Shown here piece after piece: positions 15,240 through 30,361 of a DNA stretch of 64,000 bases. A program made the translations under genes and the position numbers. Under the pieces are notes generated by a model that saw only the letters and a list, made by a program, of their open reading frames with translations, was not told the DNA's origin and ran no database searches. Numbering within the stretch: position 1 is the stretch's first letter; each line of letters starts with the position of its first letter. This DNA comes from Eledone cirrhosa (taxonomy: Eukaryota), in contig OZ024748.1 in the NCBI GenBank assembly GCA_964016885.1, positions 3,906,001 through 3,970,000 on the forward strand, in the 5' to 3' direction.

Positions 15240-15428
15240 ATAATTGTTTCTACTTTTGGCACAAGGCCAGCAATTACCCAGTGTATTACTGGTACTTTAT
15301 TTTATCGACCCCATAAGGATGAAAGGCAAAATTAACCTCGGTGGGATTTGAACTCAGAATGGAAAGGGCCGTAAGTCTTTGCGTCAAAACATGGCGTCCG
15401 ACCCTCTACCGATACTGTCAATCCACCA
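15240..15428 (-). mobile_element. tRNA-derived SINE with Meta-domain-like core
   Basis: B box GAGTTCAAATCCC, core TTGCCTTTCATCCTT..GGGGTCGATAAA..AGTACCAG, (ATT) tail. Confidence 0.8.
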
Positions 15429-15628
15429 TATGTCGCATACATTCCACCCTGTAAACATGAAACTGTTGTCCACAACATCAATATATATGTATCTGTATGA
15501 TTCTTCAGTTGAATAGGAGGTTAATTATATGTACAAACATTGATAATGCTCCGAGGACCTCAAGCCTAAGTTTGGAAGAAACAATTGTCAGCGATTAAAT
15601 GTTTTAAACATAACTTTGATACTTGTGT

Positions 15629-15671
<43 letters not shown>

Positions 15672-16328
15672 GCACATGAATGTAAGTTTTACTACCTCCA
15701 AAAAAAAACAGTAGTTTTATTCGATATACTTGTGGCATATAAAAACTCTGTACCTGAGACGTTTTTTACGATTCCATGTGTCTGACTAAACCCCAAGAAA
15801 ACAGATTAAAAACAAAATGCCGGCCAATTCTAACCTAACGTTATCCACAATTTAACGGGTGGCACAACAACGTTACGTTGGCAGTAGGATAGTTTTGGTA
15901 AGAACTTGAAAGAAACCCCATTGAAAGCCATGATAGGTAGAACATTTTATAATATGGGTACATTAGAAATGTTGTGTTCCTTATTTTGGGTGTTAAATTT
16001 TTGGCAGACACGCAAGAAGAAAAAAAATGAGAATGCACTCGTTATATTTTGCTGAAATTCCTGTGATGTTTAATCTTTGGTATAATGTCGAAATATCATA
16101 TATTGGATAAGATATTAAATGACTGATTTGTGGCAATTCGGTACAAATCTAGTACAATCTTTGATTTCTATATCTAGGGCAGCTTACGTACACCTAAGTT
16201 CTCCCTGTTCATCTACTTGCCAGGAATAGATATCAGGTTCAAATCACATGGGGGAGCCTTTTTGTAGTATTCTAGCGTCCCATCCATGGGGAGGAAAGTG
16301 AAATTTTATATTTTATTTGCAGAACAAC

Positions 16329-16454
<126 letters not shown>

Positions 16455-16473
16455 TATATATATATATATATAT

Positions 16474-16590
16474 AACAAAGAAATTGTGGTAAGGAACCAG
16501 ATGGACCATACCGCACCAGCTAACTCAATACTTAGGAAATAGCCGTCGAAACGGCTTGAGCTCTACCGTCGGGGTCTTGAACATGTTCAT
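16474..16590 (-). mobile_element. fold-back element family, copy 5 (internally deleted)
   Basis: Tail on the minus strand joined to an oppositely oriented GCCGTCGAAACGGC arm. Confidence 0.8.
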
Positions 16591-16623
16591 ATATATATAT
16601 ATATATATATTTAAGCATATATA

Positions 16624-16707
<84 letters not shown>

Positions 16708-17297
16708 AATATATATATATTTAAGCATATATATGTATATATATATATATCACCAATGAAAGTTAGTGAACACGTGCTTTGCTGAAACATCGTGACCATT
16801 TCGCAAGAGTATAAATGAATTTTCTTTCTTAACTTCTTCAATACAGAAAGAAACTTTTAATATTTTTTTCTATAAATAATCAAATAATCTAAGTTGTTAT
16901 GAGAGAACGGTGTTGGTTATTTTGGTTGTTTTGTGAGATTTAGCTCTTATCTTTAGCAAATCGAGTGACCACACAGTTTTCTCCATTAGGACGTAAATGG
17001 TAGGGGGTGGTGGAGGTGGTGGAAGGAAGTAATGTTTGAAGGAAATGTTGGTTAGGGGAGGGGGTGGGAGGATGGAAGGGGAGTGGGTGGGGTATATAAC
17101 GTCGATGTTATGGGATGGCCGAACAAGTTTGGCTGCGTTTTAGAGCTGTGATGTCAGTTCCGGTCTGAAGATCATAAAGCACGTGCCATCAACTTGAACG
17201 TTGCGCATGACCGCCCATTGGAGACTGTTCGTTGTTGTATCAATGGTTGATTAGAACATGATAGCACACCACTGTAGCTTACACACATACACATGTA

Positions 17298-17376
<79 letters not shown>

Positions 17377-17572
17377 CTATGTATATATATATAACTATGT
17401 ATATATATATATATATATACATATATATATACACACATACACACACACACAGATATATATATACACACGTCACCTATATATGTATATATTTGTGTGTTCA
17501 TACATACACGCACACAGACATATATACATGCATACACTCATATGTTGCTTCTACATGTATCTGTGTATGTGT

Positions 17573-17677
<105 letters not shown>

Positions 17678-17678
17678 C

Positions 17679-17710
<32 letters not shown>

Positions 17711-17720
17711 ATGACTATAT

Positions 17721-17870
17721 TTTCTTTTATTCTCTTACTGGTTTTAGTCATCGACTTGTGGCCATGCTGTGGCACCACCACCGAGAGTTTTTAGTCGATC
17801 ATATATACCCTGGTATATGCTTCAGCCAGGTTCCTATTTTGTAGATTTATATTTGTTGAAGAGTTAAGTT
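17721..17870 (-). mobile_element. decayed SINE 3' half
   Basis: TTAGTCATCGACTTGTGGCCATGCTGTGGCACC resembles an octopus SINE tail (from memory). Confidence 0.45.
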
Positions 17871-18081
17871 CAAGAACAAATGTGACAGAACATAAAAAAC
17901 ACACGTGTTTCGATAGTTTGAAACATAAACACGGACAAACAAATATATTTTTAGGTTCATATAGAACAAAAAACAGAATTCATATACGAAGATAGCCAGG
18001 AATTTATTCATAGGTTCTTTAATATACATAGTGTTCAGCTTATTTATTCTTGCAGAAAATAACAAAAACAATACAAAACAA

Positions 18082-18373
18082 AACATTACTTCCACTATTA
18101 AAAATCAAAATCGAAAACACGTATTTACACATCCCAGAATCAAACAGCCTCGTTGCAATTGTTGAAATCGGTTCATATGTCCACTTGAAGAATCTTGCCT
18201 CTCCAAATCAATAATACCACAGTTTACAGAGGAACTAAACGGGGCTCACTACTAACAACTTCAAGGGACGATACAAACAACATGTGTACTCCTTTAGCTC
18301 TGACAGAGAAAACTGCATTCCCTTGTTCCGATTTATCTGGAACCTCAAGAACCAAGGATGGAGCTACTCCATA
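18082..18373 (+). mobile_element. Penelope-like GIY-YIG endonuclease remnant
   Basis: NITSTIKNQNRK..RCNC*NRFICPLEESCLSKSII then GLTTNNFKGRYKQHVYSF..LFRFIWNLKN; disrupted reading frame. Confidence 0.7.
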
Positions 18374-19644
18374 TTTCAGGTACATAACTGTGAATATTGA
18401 TTATCTAAAAAGTTCCAGGCTTAGAAGCAGTCCACGATGTCCCGTAAAAGAAAATCTGAAGGAAGAATCACGTGTAACTTTAACAGAAGCATGCAGTTAT
18501 ATTTACCAACAACATCCGGTTATATTTACCAGTAATATGTGGCTATATTTCCATCTCTGAAATTACAAGTTTTACATGTTTCACCTGAATTGGATATATA
18601 TATATATATATTGTGTGTGTGTGAGAGAGAGAGTGAGAGAGAGGGAGAGAGAGAGAGGGAATAGGAAGAGGAGAGCATGTGAATAAGAGAGATTGCTATC
18701 CATAAAGTCATCTCTCCTTTCTCTCCATCAACCAGCTTCTCCATCACTTTCAACATATCGTAACCACATAATTTGTTCCCGACTGCCTTCTCCTCTCCCT
18801 CCCACCTATCTCATCTAACCTTCTCAATATTACCACCGCCACCACAATCACACAATCACCACCACCACCACCACCACCACTACCACCACCACCACCACCA
18901 TTACACCACTACCACCACCACCAACCACCATCACCACCATCACCACCACCACCACCATTACACCACCACCACTACCATCACCACTACCACCATTACACCA
19001 CCACCACCACCATCACCATTACACCACCAACACCATTACACCACCACCACCAACCACCATCACCACCATCACCACCATCACCACCACCACCACCACCACC
19101 ACCACCACCACCACCACCACCATCACCACTACCGCCATTACACCACCACCACCACCATCACCATTACACCACCACCACCACCACCATCACCATTACACCA
19201 CCACCACCACCATCACCATTACACCACCACCACCACCATCACCATTACACCACTACCACCACCATCACCACCAGCATCCATCCCCGATCATTAAGAGACG
19301 ACCGTCATTTCCAGTTAATTAGGTTGGCAACCGGAATAAATGACGGTCCACCGTTGATCGTGATAAATGTATGTCGGAGAAATGTATGTCGGGGAAACGC
19401 AGAGTTCAGGTGAAATCTAAGAAAAAACAACACAAATACAAAACAAAAACATAAAGAGAAACTAGATAAAGAAAACTAGAGAGGGACAGTGCTGTGGATT
19501 GGTAAACTAGCAGGCACGGAATATGGCGGAAAATTGCGGAATTAGCCGGAGTATGGCGAAAATGTGGAAACATACGACAAACAAAAAGTAAAGTCGCCAT
19601 GATAGTTGAGTAGATGAGAAATTTCACTGCATGTGGTGTGTATA

Positions 19645-19731
<87 letters not shown>

Positions 19732-19816
19732 CTTAGAAACCCACACTGCATTTCCTCAAGAATTAAGTACTCCCATGATTTGTGGGCTCCCCGGTCTTAA
19801 CACTGCAGACTCTCTC

Positions 19817-19852
19817 TCTTAACGTTTCGGAGACCAGTCCTTCATCAGAAGA
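19817..19852 (-). ncRNA. minimal hammerhead ribozyme in a pseudo-LTR (~19730-19925)
   Basis: Minus strand TCTT-CTGATGA-AGGA-CTGGTC-TCC-GAAA-CGTT-AAGA. Confidence 0.75.
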
Positions 19853-20042
19853 TATATTTAGGAATAGAAGATAAATAGAAGGTAAAATGAGAAAAAGAAT
19901 TGCGGAGAAAAACCCCCATTCGTGCATATATATGTATATATGCATATATTTGTGTTATATATGTATACTCACACACAAACACACACACATATATATACAT
20001 ATATACATATATAAATATATATATATATATATGTATATATAT

Positions 20043-20132
<90 letters not shown>

Positions 20133-20376
20133 GTGATGGTGTTGCTGATAGGATGTTTGTTTTTTTATGAAATTTTAGTCACTCAATCGAACAATTACAC
20201 TTTCGTAACTCATGCATATTAATATGTTGTACTTTTGGAAGAGGAGAAGTATTGGAAAATAATATGGTGTCAGCATGTATATATACATACATACATACAC
20301 ACACACACACATATATATATGTGTGTGTGTGTGTGTACATATATATGTATATATACATATATATATATATACACAT

Positions 20377-20411
<35 letters not shown>

Positions 20412-20481
20412 CGATATATACGCATATATATATTATATATTTATATATAGGTGTGTATGTATATATTCATGGTGTGTGTGC

Positions 20482-20518
<37 letters not shown>

Positions 20519-20521
20519 TAC

Positions 20522-20590
<69 letters not shown>

Positions 20591-20974
20591 TCAAACGACC
20601 TACAAGGCACTGTTTGTTTGCTGCCGGTGAAGTTGGAAAACATGTCCCTGGAGAATAAATAGACGGGACCTCAGGAAAATTGATAAAGTGCTAATCGCGG
20701 AATTCCGTTCCTACGTTACATGCAATTGAAACATTTCGCATAAATTCAACGCTAAAATATGTATTTTTTTCACTTCTCAACAATCCATATATAGATATAC
20801 AGGGTATATGTGTGATTATGTATACACACACACATATGCACATCGCACACACACACACACGCACACATACAATGCACACATACACACACACGCCCACAAT
20901 GCACACACACACACACACATATATATATAAAGTGACTAAGCGAACATTTATCAGCATAAATGTGTGTATTACAC

Positions 20975-21006
<32 letters not shown>

Positions 21007-21011
21007 GTGTG

Positions 21012-21047
<36 letters not shown>

Positions 21048-21203
21048 GTGTATATATATATGTATATATACGTGTAATACACACACACACACAAACACAC
21101 ACACACATATATATATACGTGTAATATGCACACACACGTATATATATGTGTGTGTGTGTATGGAATTATACTATAGACACAATATATATAAACTAATGAG
21201 ATA

Positions 21204-21302
21204 AGGTTAACTTTGCCTTTCATCCTTACGGGGTCGATAAAATAAAGTACCAGTAATGTACTGGGTAATTGCTGGCCTTGTGCCAAAAGTAGAAACAATT
21301 AT
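21204..21302 (+). mobile_element. 5'-truncated Meta-like SINE
   Basis: Same core and tail as the copies at 15240 and 50060. Confidence 0.8.
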
Positions 21303-21304
21303 TC

Positions 21305-21544
21305 AAAAGACCTTTCAGAGGAACTCCATTTCGACCGTTTGCATCCGTGATCGAGTTCTTTCGGTTATTACTCAAGATTCATGACCATAGGCAAGGGTTG
21401 GCGCCAATATCGAACTGAAGATAACAAGTCTGGCTCTTAAACCTACCTTCCTTCTTCTGACGACCAAATGCTGAAGATGGCGCATTACTACATCAGTTTC
21501 TCTAATTCTTGCACTTAATTCAGCTTCTTGTCTTACATCCCTCG
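21305..21544 (-). mobile_element. RTE-clade (Rex3/Expander-like) ORF fragment
   Basis: ELSARIRETDVVMRHL..ARLVIFSSILAPTLAYGHES*VITERTRSRMQTVEMEFL*. Confidence 0.75.
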
Positions 21545-23014
21545 TATGTGGGTGTGTCTTTCTGTATGTGTGTGTATGTGTGAGTGTGTGTATGTGTGTA
21601 TGTGTGTGTGTATGTTTGTAAGTTTTTGTGTGTGTATGTTTGTACGTGCATATGAGTGTGTGTGTATGTGTGTGTGTGTATGTGAGTGTGTGTGTGTATG
21701 TGTGTGTGTGTGTATGTGTGAGTGTGTATGTGTGAGTGTGTGTATGTGTGTGTATGTTTGTAAGTTTTTGTGTGTGTATGTTTGTATGTGCATATGAGTG
21801 TGTATGTGTATGTGTGTGTGTGTATGTGTGTATGTGAGTGTGTGTGTGTGTATGTGTGTGTGTGTATGTGTGACTGTGTGTATATGTGTGTGTGTGTATG
21901 TGTGAGTGTGTGTATGTGTGTGTATGTTTTTAGTTTGTGTGTGTATGTTTGTATGTGCATATGAGTGTGTGTGTATGTGTGTGTGTGTATGTGAGTGTGT
22001 GTGTATGTGTGTGTGTATATGTGAGTGTGTGTGTGTATGTGTGTGTGTGAGTGTGTGTATGCGTGTGTATGTTTGTAAGTTTGTGTGTGTATGTTTGTAC
22101 GTGCATATGAGTGTGTGTGTATGTGTGTGTGTGTATGTGTGACTGTGTGTGTATGTGTGAGTGTGTGTATGTGTGTGTATGTTTGTAAGTTTGTGTGTGT
22201 GTGTCAATGTGCCATGTTTTCTTTACTTCTCTTCTTGTCTTCTGTTCCCCCCTCTCCTCTCAATCTCTTAATCAAAATCTCCCTATCTCTCTCCTTCCTT
22301 TCTCCCTCTCTCTCTCTCACTCACTGTTTCCACACTCCCAGTCTCTCTCTCTCTCTTCTCCCTTCTCCCCACCCCTCACTATATTTCAATTAAAACCCTC
22401 CCCTCCCCCCTCCTCCCCTTCCCCTCCTCCCCTCCCCCTCCTCCCCTTCCCCCTCCCATTCTATCCAATCATATAACTATTCCAGATCCAGTAACAAGTT
22501 CAATCCATATGCTCCGCCATTGCCCTATCCAGACTGTCGTCACACATTATCACCTTACCGATCTTCCCTCCCTCCAACACACATTCCCTCCTTCACCCAA
22601 CCTCACCTCCCCGCTTGTCTGTCTCTGTCTGTCTGTCTGTCTGTCTTTCTGCCCGCCAGGTTGTCTCCTGCTATCTGTCCCTGGCTGTGTGGTTAAGAAG
22701 GTTCGCCAAACAATCAAACGACTCCGGGTTCAATCACTCTGCTTTGACATTTGACCCTGCGTCATTTACTATAGAAATCGATAATATGGGTATCAATATG
22801 AAAAAACATAAGTATTGAGATCAATATGATCGATTAAACATGGTGACCCTATATGGCAACAGTGTAATGACTTGATTTGAGGGAGATATAGCTACTATTT
22901 CTAGCATGTTGCGATACCAATATTTCTAGATATAATTTAATATCTAAGACTACCAAATTGATGTCTGATTTATTGTTTTAAGATGGTCGACTTTGATTTT
23001 AAGAAGATTTAGAT

Positions 23015-23760
23015 GTGTAGTGTAGTGTATTGTGGTGTAGTGTAGTGTGGTGTAGTGTGGTGTAGTGTGGTGTAGTGTGGTGTAGTGTAGTGTAATGTAG
23101 CGTAGTGTGATGTAGTGTAGTATAGTGTAGTATAATATAGTGTAGTGTAGTGTAGTGTGGTGTAGTGTGGTGTAGTGTGGTGCAGTGTGGTGTAGTGTAG
23201 TGTGGTGTGGCGTGGTGTAGTATGGTGTAGTGTAGTGTGGTGTGGTGTAGTGTAGTGTGGTGTGGTATGGTGTAGTGTAGTGTAGTGTGGTGTGGTGTGG
23301 TGTGGTATAGTGTGGTGTAGTGTAGTGTGGTGTAGTGTAGTGTGGTGTGATGTGGTATGGTGTAGTGTAGTGTAGTGTGGTGTGGTGTAGTGTAGTGTGG
23401 TGTGGTATAGTGTGGTGTAGTGTAGTGAGGTGTAGTGTGGTGTGGTGTGGTATGGTGTAGTGTAGTGTAGTGTGGTGTGGTGTAGTGTGGTGTAGCGTAG
23501 TGTGGTGTGGTGTGGTATGGTGTAGTGTAGTGTAGTGTGGTGTGGTGTAGCGTAGTGTGGTGTGGTGTGGTATAGTGTGGTGTAGTGTAGTGTAGTGTGG
23601 TGTAGTGTAGTGTGGTGTGGTGTGGTATGGTGTAGTGTAGTGTAGTGTGGTGTGGTGTAGTGTAGTGTGGTGTGGTGTGGTATAGTGTGGTGTGGTGTAG
23701 CTTAGTGTGGTATAGTGCAACATGGTCTGGTTTAGAGATGTGGTAGTGTAATATAGTGTG
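23015..23760. repeat. (GTGTA/GTGTG)n pentanucleotide repeat
   Basis: Direct reading; a related complementary-type tract lies at ~56020-56470. Confidence 0.95.
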
Positions 23761-24010
23761 GCGTAGCGAGGTGTGGTGTTGAGTGGTGTAGTGTGGTGTG
23801 GCGTGGTGTAGCGTTGTTTAGCATGGGGTAGTGTAGAGTGACGTTGGAGTGTGTGGTGTAGTATGGTGTTGTAGGGTAGGGTGTAGTGGAGTGAAATGAT
23901 GATGTGTAGTGGTGCGGTCTGTGTAGATTGTGGTGTAGTGTTTTGTGATGTGATGGTAGGGAAATTTCTGCATAAAAACATCAGTGAAATTATCGATTTT
24001 TAAAACTCAC

Positions 24011-24150
24011 CCGTGACTTGCTCTATCAGCGAAATGTGAATTCTCACAGGCACAATGCTCATCCATCATGGCGGATGTCACAGACCCTGTGCTCGAAGAA
24101 TAGGAGACTAGAGCGCCTCCTAGCGCCAGAATAAGGAATTGGGGTCGAAC
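24011..24150 (-). CDS. candidate 140-nt internal exon (VRPQFLILALGGALVSYSSSTGSVTSAMMDEHCACENSHFADRASH)
   Basis: Pyrimidine-rich acceptor ...ttccctcacttgcccttgtcgtactctAG, donor GG|GTGAGT, only one open frame. Confidence 0.3.
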
Positions 24151-24289
24151 CTAGAGTACGACAAGGGCAAGTGAGGGAAATGCTGGTTGGTGTGGCTTAG
24201 CGGGGGGAGGTGGTTACGTGTTTACGAACGTAAACCGGCTGGAAGTCAATTTATGTATTTGTGTTTGTGTTTGCTTTTCCGTGTGTGCT

Positions 24290-24397
<108 letters not shown>

Positions 24398-24452
24398 CAT
24401 ACATATATATATATATATATGTATATATATATGTATGTATATATATTATATA

Positions 24453-24534
<82 letters not shown>

Positions 24535-24618
24535 TGTGTTTGAGCGTGTTTATGAAGAGCTGTGTGCATGAATTTCTATGACATAACAATGTGTGATTCG
24601 AGACACGTGTATACACAG

Positions 24619-24702
<84 letters not shown>

Positions 24703-24834
24703 TATATATATATATATCATATATATATATAAAAGTGTTCATAACGGGTAAAATAATTTGAGAAACAAAATATCCACGTTACATGGATAATTTTTGTAGA
24801 CACACACAGACACATACATACATACATACATACA

Positions 24835-25430
24835 TGGTGGCTGCCAACTCGTTTTCGAGTACGGCCACTACTTTATATCCATGTAGGAGAACCCCTACCG
24901 ATGCGCTGAACGTGTGTGACTTTTTAGTCCAGCCAGCGACTTGAAAACTCTGGTACAAACACTACACCTGTGACAATTATTGACACAGTACTGGGCCCAT
25001 GGTACCATGTGACGACAAGTGCAGAGAGATCTCCAGATATAAAGCAATGCCTGTGCCGTGAAGCTTTTATAGTGAGCAAAGGCACTGCACAAAGCCAGTC
25101 CCACTCTCTTAACCAAGATGATATTTACCAAAAACAAGAACAAGTCAACATCATTGGATACCATCAGGGTTGCAGGTGTTATATCAGAGTTTTCCTTCTC
25201 CTAGAATTCTGCCTTGACAAAGGCTAAGGGGTCATCTCTCCCGGTGATTTTGGATGGCCATTGACTCTTAAGAGCTCCTTTGCCCTTTGACAGGTTTTGT
25301 TTTTAGTCCTGCAGGATCCTTCCTCACCAAGAAACCCTGGTGGGGTTGCCAGTTTAGTCGCCAACGACCCGACCATGAGACAGGTTGTTCTGGGATACAT
25401 GTTACCAGTAGCACCAACTGGTGACCTGAC
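24835..25430 (-). mobile_element. non-autonomous RTE-derived bipartite retroposon, copy 1
   Basis: Near-identical to 31987-32573. The 3' end encodes CSVCTRVFKSLAGLKSHTRSAH* (RTE terminal zinc finger); (ATGT)n tail. Confidence 0.7.
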
Positions 25431-25849
25431 ATATATATATATAGTCATGCATACATACATATATACATGCATACTTACATACATATATACATACATACAT
25501 ATATAAATACATGCATATATACTTACATTCACACACACTCATACATACATACATAGATATATGAATACATATATACATATATACATATATATATATACAT
25601 ACATACATATATTTTTGCATAAATACATAGACACACACATACATACAGACATACATGTTTGCATAAATACATACATGCATATATGCATACATCATACATA
25701 CATATATATATATACATCCATACATACATATTTACATACACACAGACAGACAGACAGACAGACAGATAAATATACAGAAAGACAGAAAGGCAGAGGATGA
25801 CTATAAGAGATTAGATATGTTGTTGTTGTTGTTGTTACACCTTTGTCAG

Positions 25850-26109
25850 CTCACACGACGAATGTTCCAGTTATTTGTATAACAGAACCGCCTGCAAGTG
25901 GCTGAGTATTCCACAGACAGGTACAGCTTTAAAGTAGTTCTGAGGGAGATTTAGTGTGACTCAGTGTTAACTCTTTGAATAACAGACTTAAGTCATTTGG
26001 TCAGCTGAGTAGACTGGAGGAACTGGAAATAAAAGGTCTTGCTCAAGGATACAATGTAAAGCTGGGAATCGATCTTGAGCCGAACACTTTAACCACCAAG
26101 CCACGCGCC
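25850..26109 (-). mobile_element. tRNA-derived SINE (second family), decayed
   Basis: Minus strand GGCGCGTGGCTTGGTGGTTAA head, CCTTGAGCAAG, CCAGTCTACTCAGCTG, (AAC)n tail; tail fragment also at ~48060-48150. Confidence 0.65.
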
Positions 26110-27038
26110 ACCACGATTAAGTAGATGTATTAACAACAACAACAAAAACAGCAACAATAATAACAGCAACAACAATAACAGCAACAACAATAACAACAGT
26201 AACAACAGCAGCAACAGTAACAATAGCAACATCAACAACAGCAACCACCATCACCACCACCACCACCACCACCATCAACATCACCACCACCACCACCAGC
26301 ACCACTAGTACCACCATTACCATCACCACCACCATCACCACCACCACCACCACCACCACCACCATCACCAGCACCACTAGCACCACCATCACCATCACCA
26401 CCACCACCATCAACACCACCACCACGATCACCACCACCACCACCACCACCACCACCACCACCATCACCACCACCACCACCACCACCACCACCACCACCAC
26501 CATCATCGCCACCACCAGCACCACCACCAGCACCACCACCACCATCACCACCATCACCAACACCACCACCACCACCAGCACCACCAGCACCGCCGCCACC
26601 ACCACCACTACCACCACCACCACCAGCACCACCATCACCATCACCACCAGCACCACCACCAGCACCACCATCACCACCACCACCACCACCACCATCACCA
26701 TCACCACCATCACCACCACCACCACCACCACCACCACCACTAGCACCAGCACCAGCACCACCACCATCACCATCACCACCACCCCCATCACCACCCCCAC
26801 CTCCACCAACAATAAACACAGTTTTCATATTCTGTTCAGGTGATCCATTCATCACTGACTGAGGGCATTGCCTGGTAGCTCAGCTGGGACCTGGGTTCGC
26901 TTCTCGACTGCGGCGTTACAGTTAGCTTCTTACTTTTCATCCTTGTTTGCTGTTTAGTATTCAGTTAGCGATGGTGTGGATAATAGAATTATATACACAC
27001 ACACACACATATATATATATACGAACACACACTCATAC

Positions 27039-27101
<63 letters not shown>

Positions 27102-27188
27102 GTGAAAGAGTGAAGAATAACATGGTCGGCTGTACAAAAAAAGTATTAACAATTGTTTTATTGATCAGGTGAGTCTAAAGACCGCTAA

Positions 27189-27303
<115 letters not shown>

Positions 27304-27366
27304 TATATATATATATATAATAAATATGGACGAGGTGTCAAATTTTAATTAAGTTTATTCAGGTGT

Positions 27367-27445
27367 GACGCGCGTTTCGCGATTGATCAGCACAAGGTTC
27401 GATCTCTATCGATCGGGCCCGACCCTGGAATCAAAAGCTCATCAG
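27367..27445 (-). ncRNA. hammerhead ribozyme with long branched stem II
   Basis: Minus strand CTGATGA-GC-[~55 nt]-GC-GAAA-CGCGCGT-C; decayed homolog at ~34411-34490. Confidence 0.65.
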
Positions 27446-27970
27446 ATTTTTGTTTGCACAAGTAAACACAACACAATCACATTAACACATACACAACATT
27501 ACACAAATACACAATACACCCTGCACACTTATACGTTGAACTTTCCTTTTTCCTCTTTCTTTTAAGCGTGAAACTAATAAGACTATTGTTATTGTATCTT
27601 TTCAAATCTTAAATCATCCACCGTTTTGATAACTGACATACACATACATACACACATACATATACACCCCCCATATATACATATATATATATATAGATAG
27701 ATAGATAAATATACACGGGTGTGTGTGATTGTGTATAGAAGATTATATTAATAAAAGGAATTCCAACTTTGTCTGATTTACTCGTTTTATTTACAATCCT
27801 TTAAAATTTATAATGGTATTAGAATGAAATAGTATGGTAGAATATTAAATCTTAAGTGTTAATTGAACAAGTACTTTCATGCTTTCGCAATCTTCAGGTT
27901 CATATTGTGTGGTGACAGTCAAGTTTGCAATTTTCAACAGTTGAAAATTGCAAACTTGACTGTCACCACA

Positions 27971-28072
<102 letters not shown>

Positions 28073-28086
28073 ATATATTATATATA

Positions 28087-28176
<90 letters not shown>

Positions 28177-28181
28177 TATAT

Positions 28182-28215
<34 letters not shown>

Positions 28216-28231
28216 AATATGAATATGTATG

Positions 28232-28338
<107 letters not shown>

Positions 28339-28384
28339 GTATATATAAAATATATATATATATATATATAAGAATATGAATATG

Positions 28385-28467
<83 letters not shown>

Positions 28468-28483
28468 ATATATTATATATATA

Positions 28484-28555
<72 letters not shown>

Positions 28556-28563
28556 GTATATAT

Positions 28564-28597
<34 letters not shown>

Positions 28598-28609
28598 AAT
28601 ATGAATATG

Positions 28610-28745
<136 letters not shown>

Positions 28746-28854
28746 GCGGTTCTCTGTGGATCTGACTGGTTTGACCCATTGCTGTAAGAGATGTCTGGCA
28801 CCAAGTTGCCTGTGATGACTTACAGGAAGGAAGTTATCGAATGACATCACGGCG

Positions 28855-28894
<40 letters not shown>

Positions 28895-29249
28895 GCACAG
28901 AGTTTCACCTACACACATGCACACACACACACATATATATATATATATACACATAGACAGAGCTACAGAAACATACACGCATGTACATTTATGATACGCA
29001 CGCATAGACGTACGCACACACATAACTACTCATAAACACACAGCTACATACACAGAGTTACATACAGCTACACACACACACTCATGAACACACTGAACTA
29101 CACACATGTATGTATATAATACACACACAAACTCACACATATGTATATGCACATAAATACACACACATAAATATGAAAACATATATACATATATATAAAC
29201 ATACACGTGTGTGTATACTAACACATATGCACACTATTATTATTATCCC

Positions 29250-29445
29250 AAGGGTGGTGGATTGGCAGAATCGGTAGAGCGCCGGACACCTTGCTTAGCG
29301 GTATAGAGTTATGGCCCTTTATGTTCTGAGTTCAAATCCCGCCGAGGTTAACTTTGCCTTTCATCCTTATGGAGTCGATAAAATAAAGTACCAGTAAGGT
29401 ACTGGGGTCAATTTAATAGACTTTCCCCTCCCCCCAAAATGTTAT
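29250..29445 (+). mobile_element. tRNA-derived Meta-like SINE
   Basis: A box TGGCAGAATCGG, B box GAGTTCAAATCCC, conserved core. Confidence 0.8.
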
Positions 29446-29708
29446 TAATTGGTATAGAGAGGGGGAGAGTTTGGTGTTCATTGATATAGAGAGGAGGATT
29501 GGAAGAGAGTTCCGTGTAGTAGATATAGAGAGGGGGAGAGTTTGGTGGTAATGAATAAAGGGAGAGTATTGATAGAGATAGGTATTGATAGATATAGAGA
29601 AGGGGAGAGTTTGGTAATGATGGATAGAGTGAGAGGGAATGAGAGAGAGTGCTGTATGGTAGATATAGAGAGGGGGAGTGTTTGTTAGAGATAGATAGAA
29701 TGAGAGGG

Positions 29709-29746
<38 letters not shown>

Positions 29747-30009
29747 GCATGGTAGATATAGAGAGGTTTAATTAGCAGACGACCACATCATTCTGTTCAA
29801 TTCAGAACTGACCAAAGTAGACACGTGGGCTTGTAAGGTCCATAGATCAACTGGCAATGGTGGCTGAATGGAATCATTAAAAAAACCCATGGATGGATAC
29901 ATAGTATAACCTCGCCATAGATTGCTCCTGGTTGGAAATTACATGGAATGGTCATAGTTGAATTATTATATATAGGTCAACCTGATGAGGACCAATCTGG
30001 GCTGGAACA

Positions 30010-30068
<59 letters not shown>

Positions 30069-30138
30069 CATCACCACCACCATCACCATCACCACTACCA
30101 CCACTACTATCACCACCACCACCACCACCATCACCACA

Positions 30139-30226
<88 letters not shown>

Positions 30227-30318
30227 TAAGATGTTGATTAAAAGCCATTAAACGAGTAAGTCAAACACCTCATCAATCATGAGAAAAAAACTGGTGAATA
30301 ATCTACCCAAGGTCACCC

Positions 30319-30361
<43 letters not shown>

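Noticed and set aside
22682-22775. tRNA-like A/B boxes (also at 26865, 37915 and 61065)
   Set aside because: No cloverleaf; decayed SINE heads, not tRNA genes.
28782-28823. Minus-strand GTAAGT...TTACAG 42-nt intron-like segment
   Set aside because: Too short, and flanked by no credible exons.
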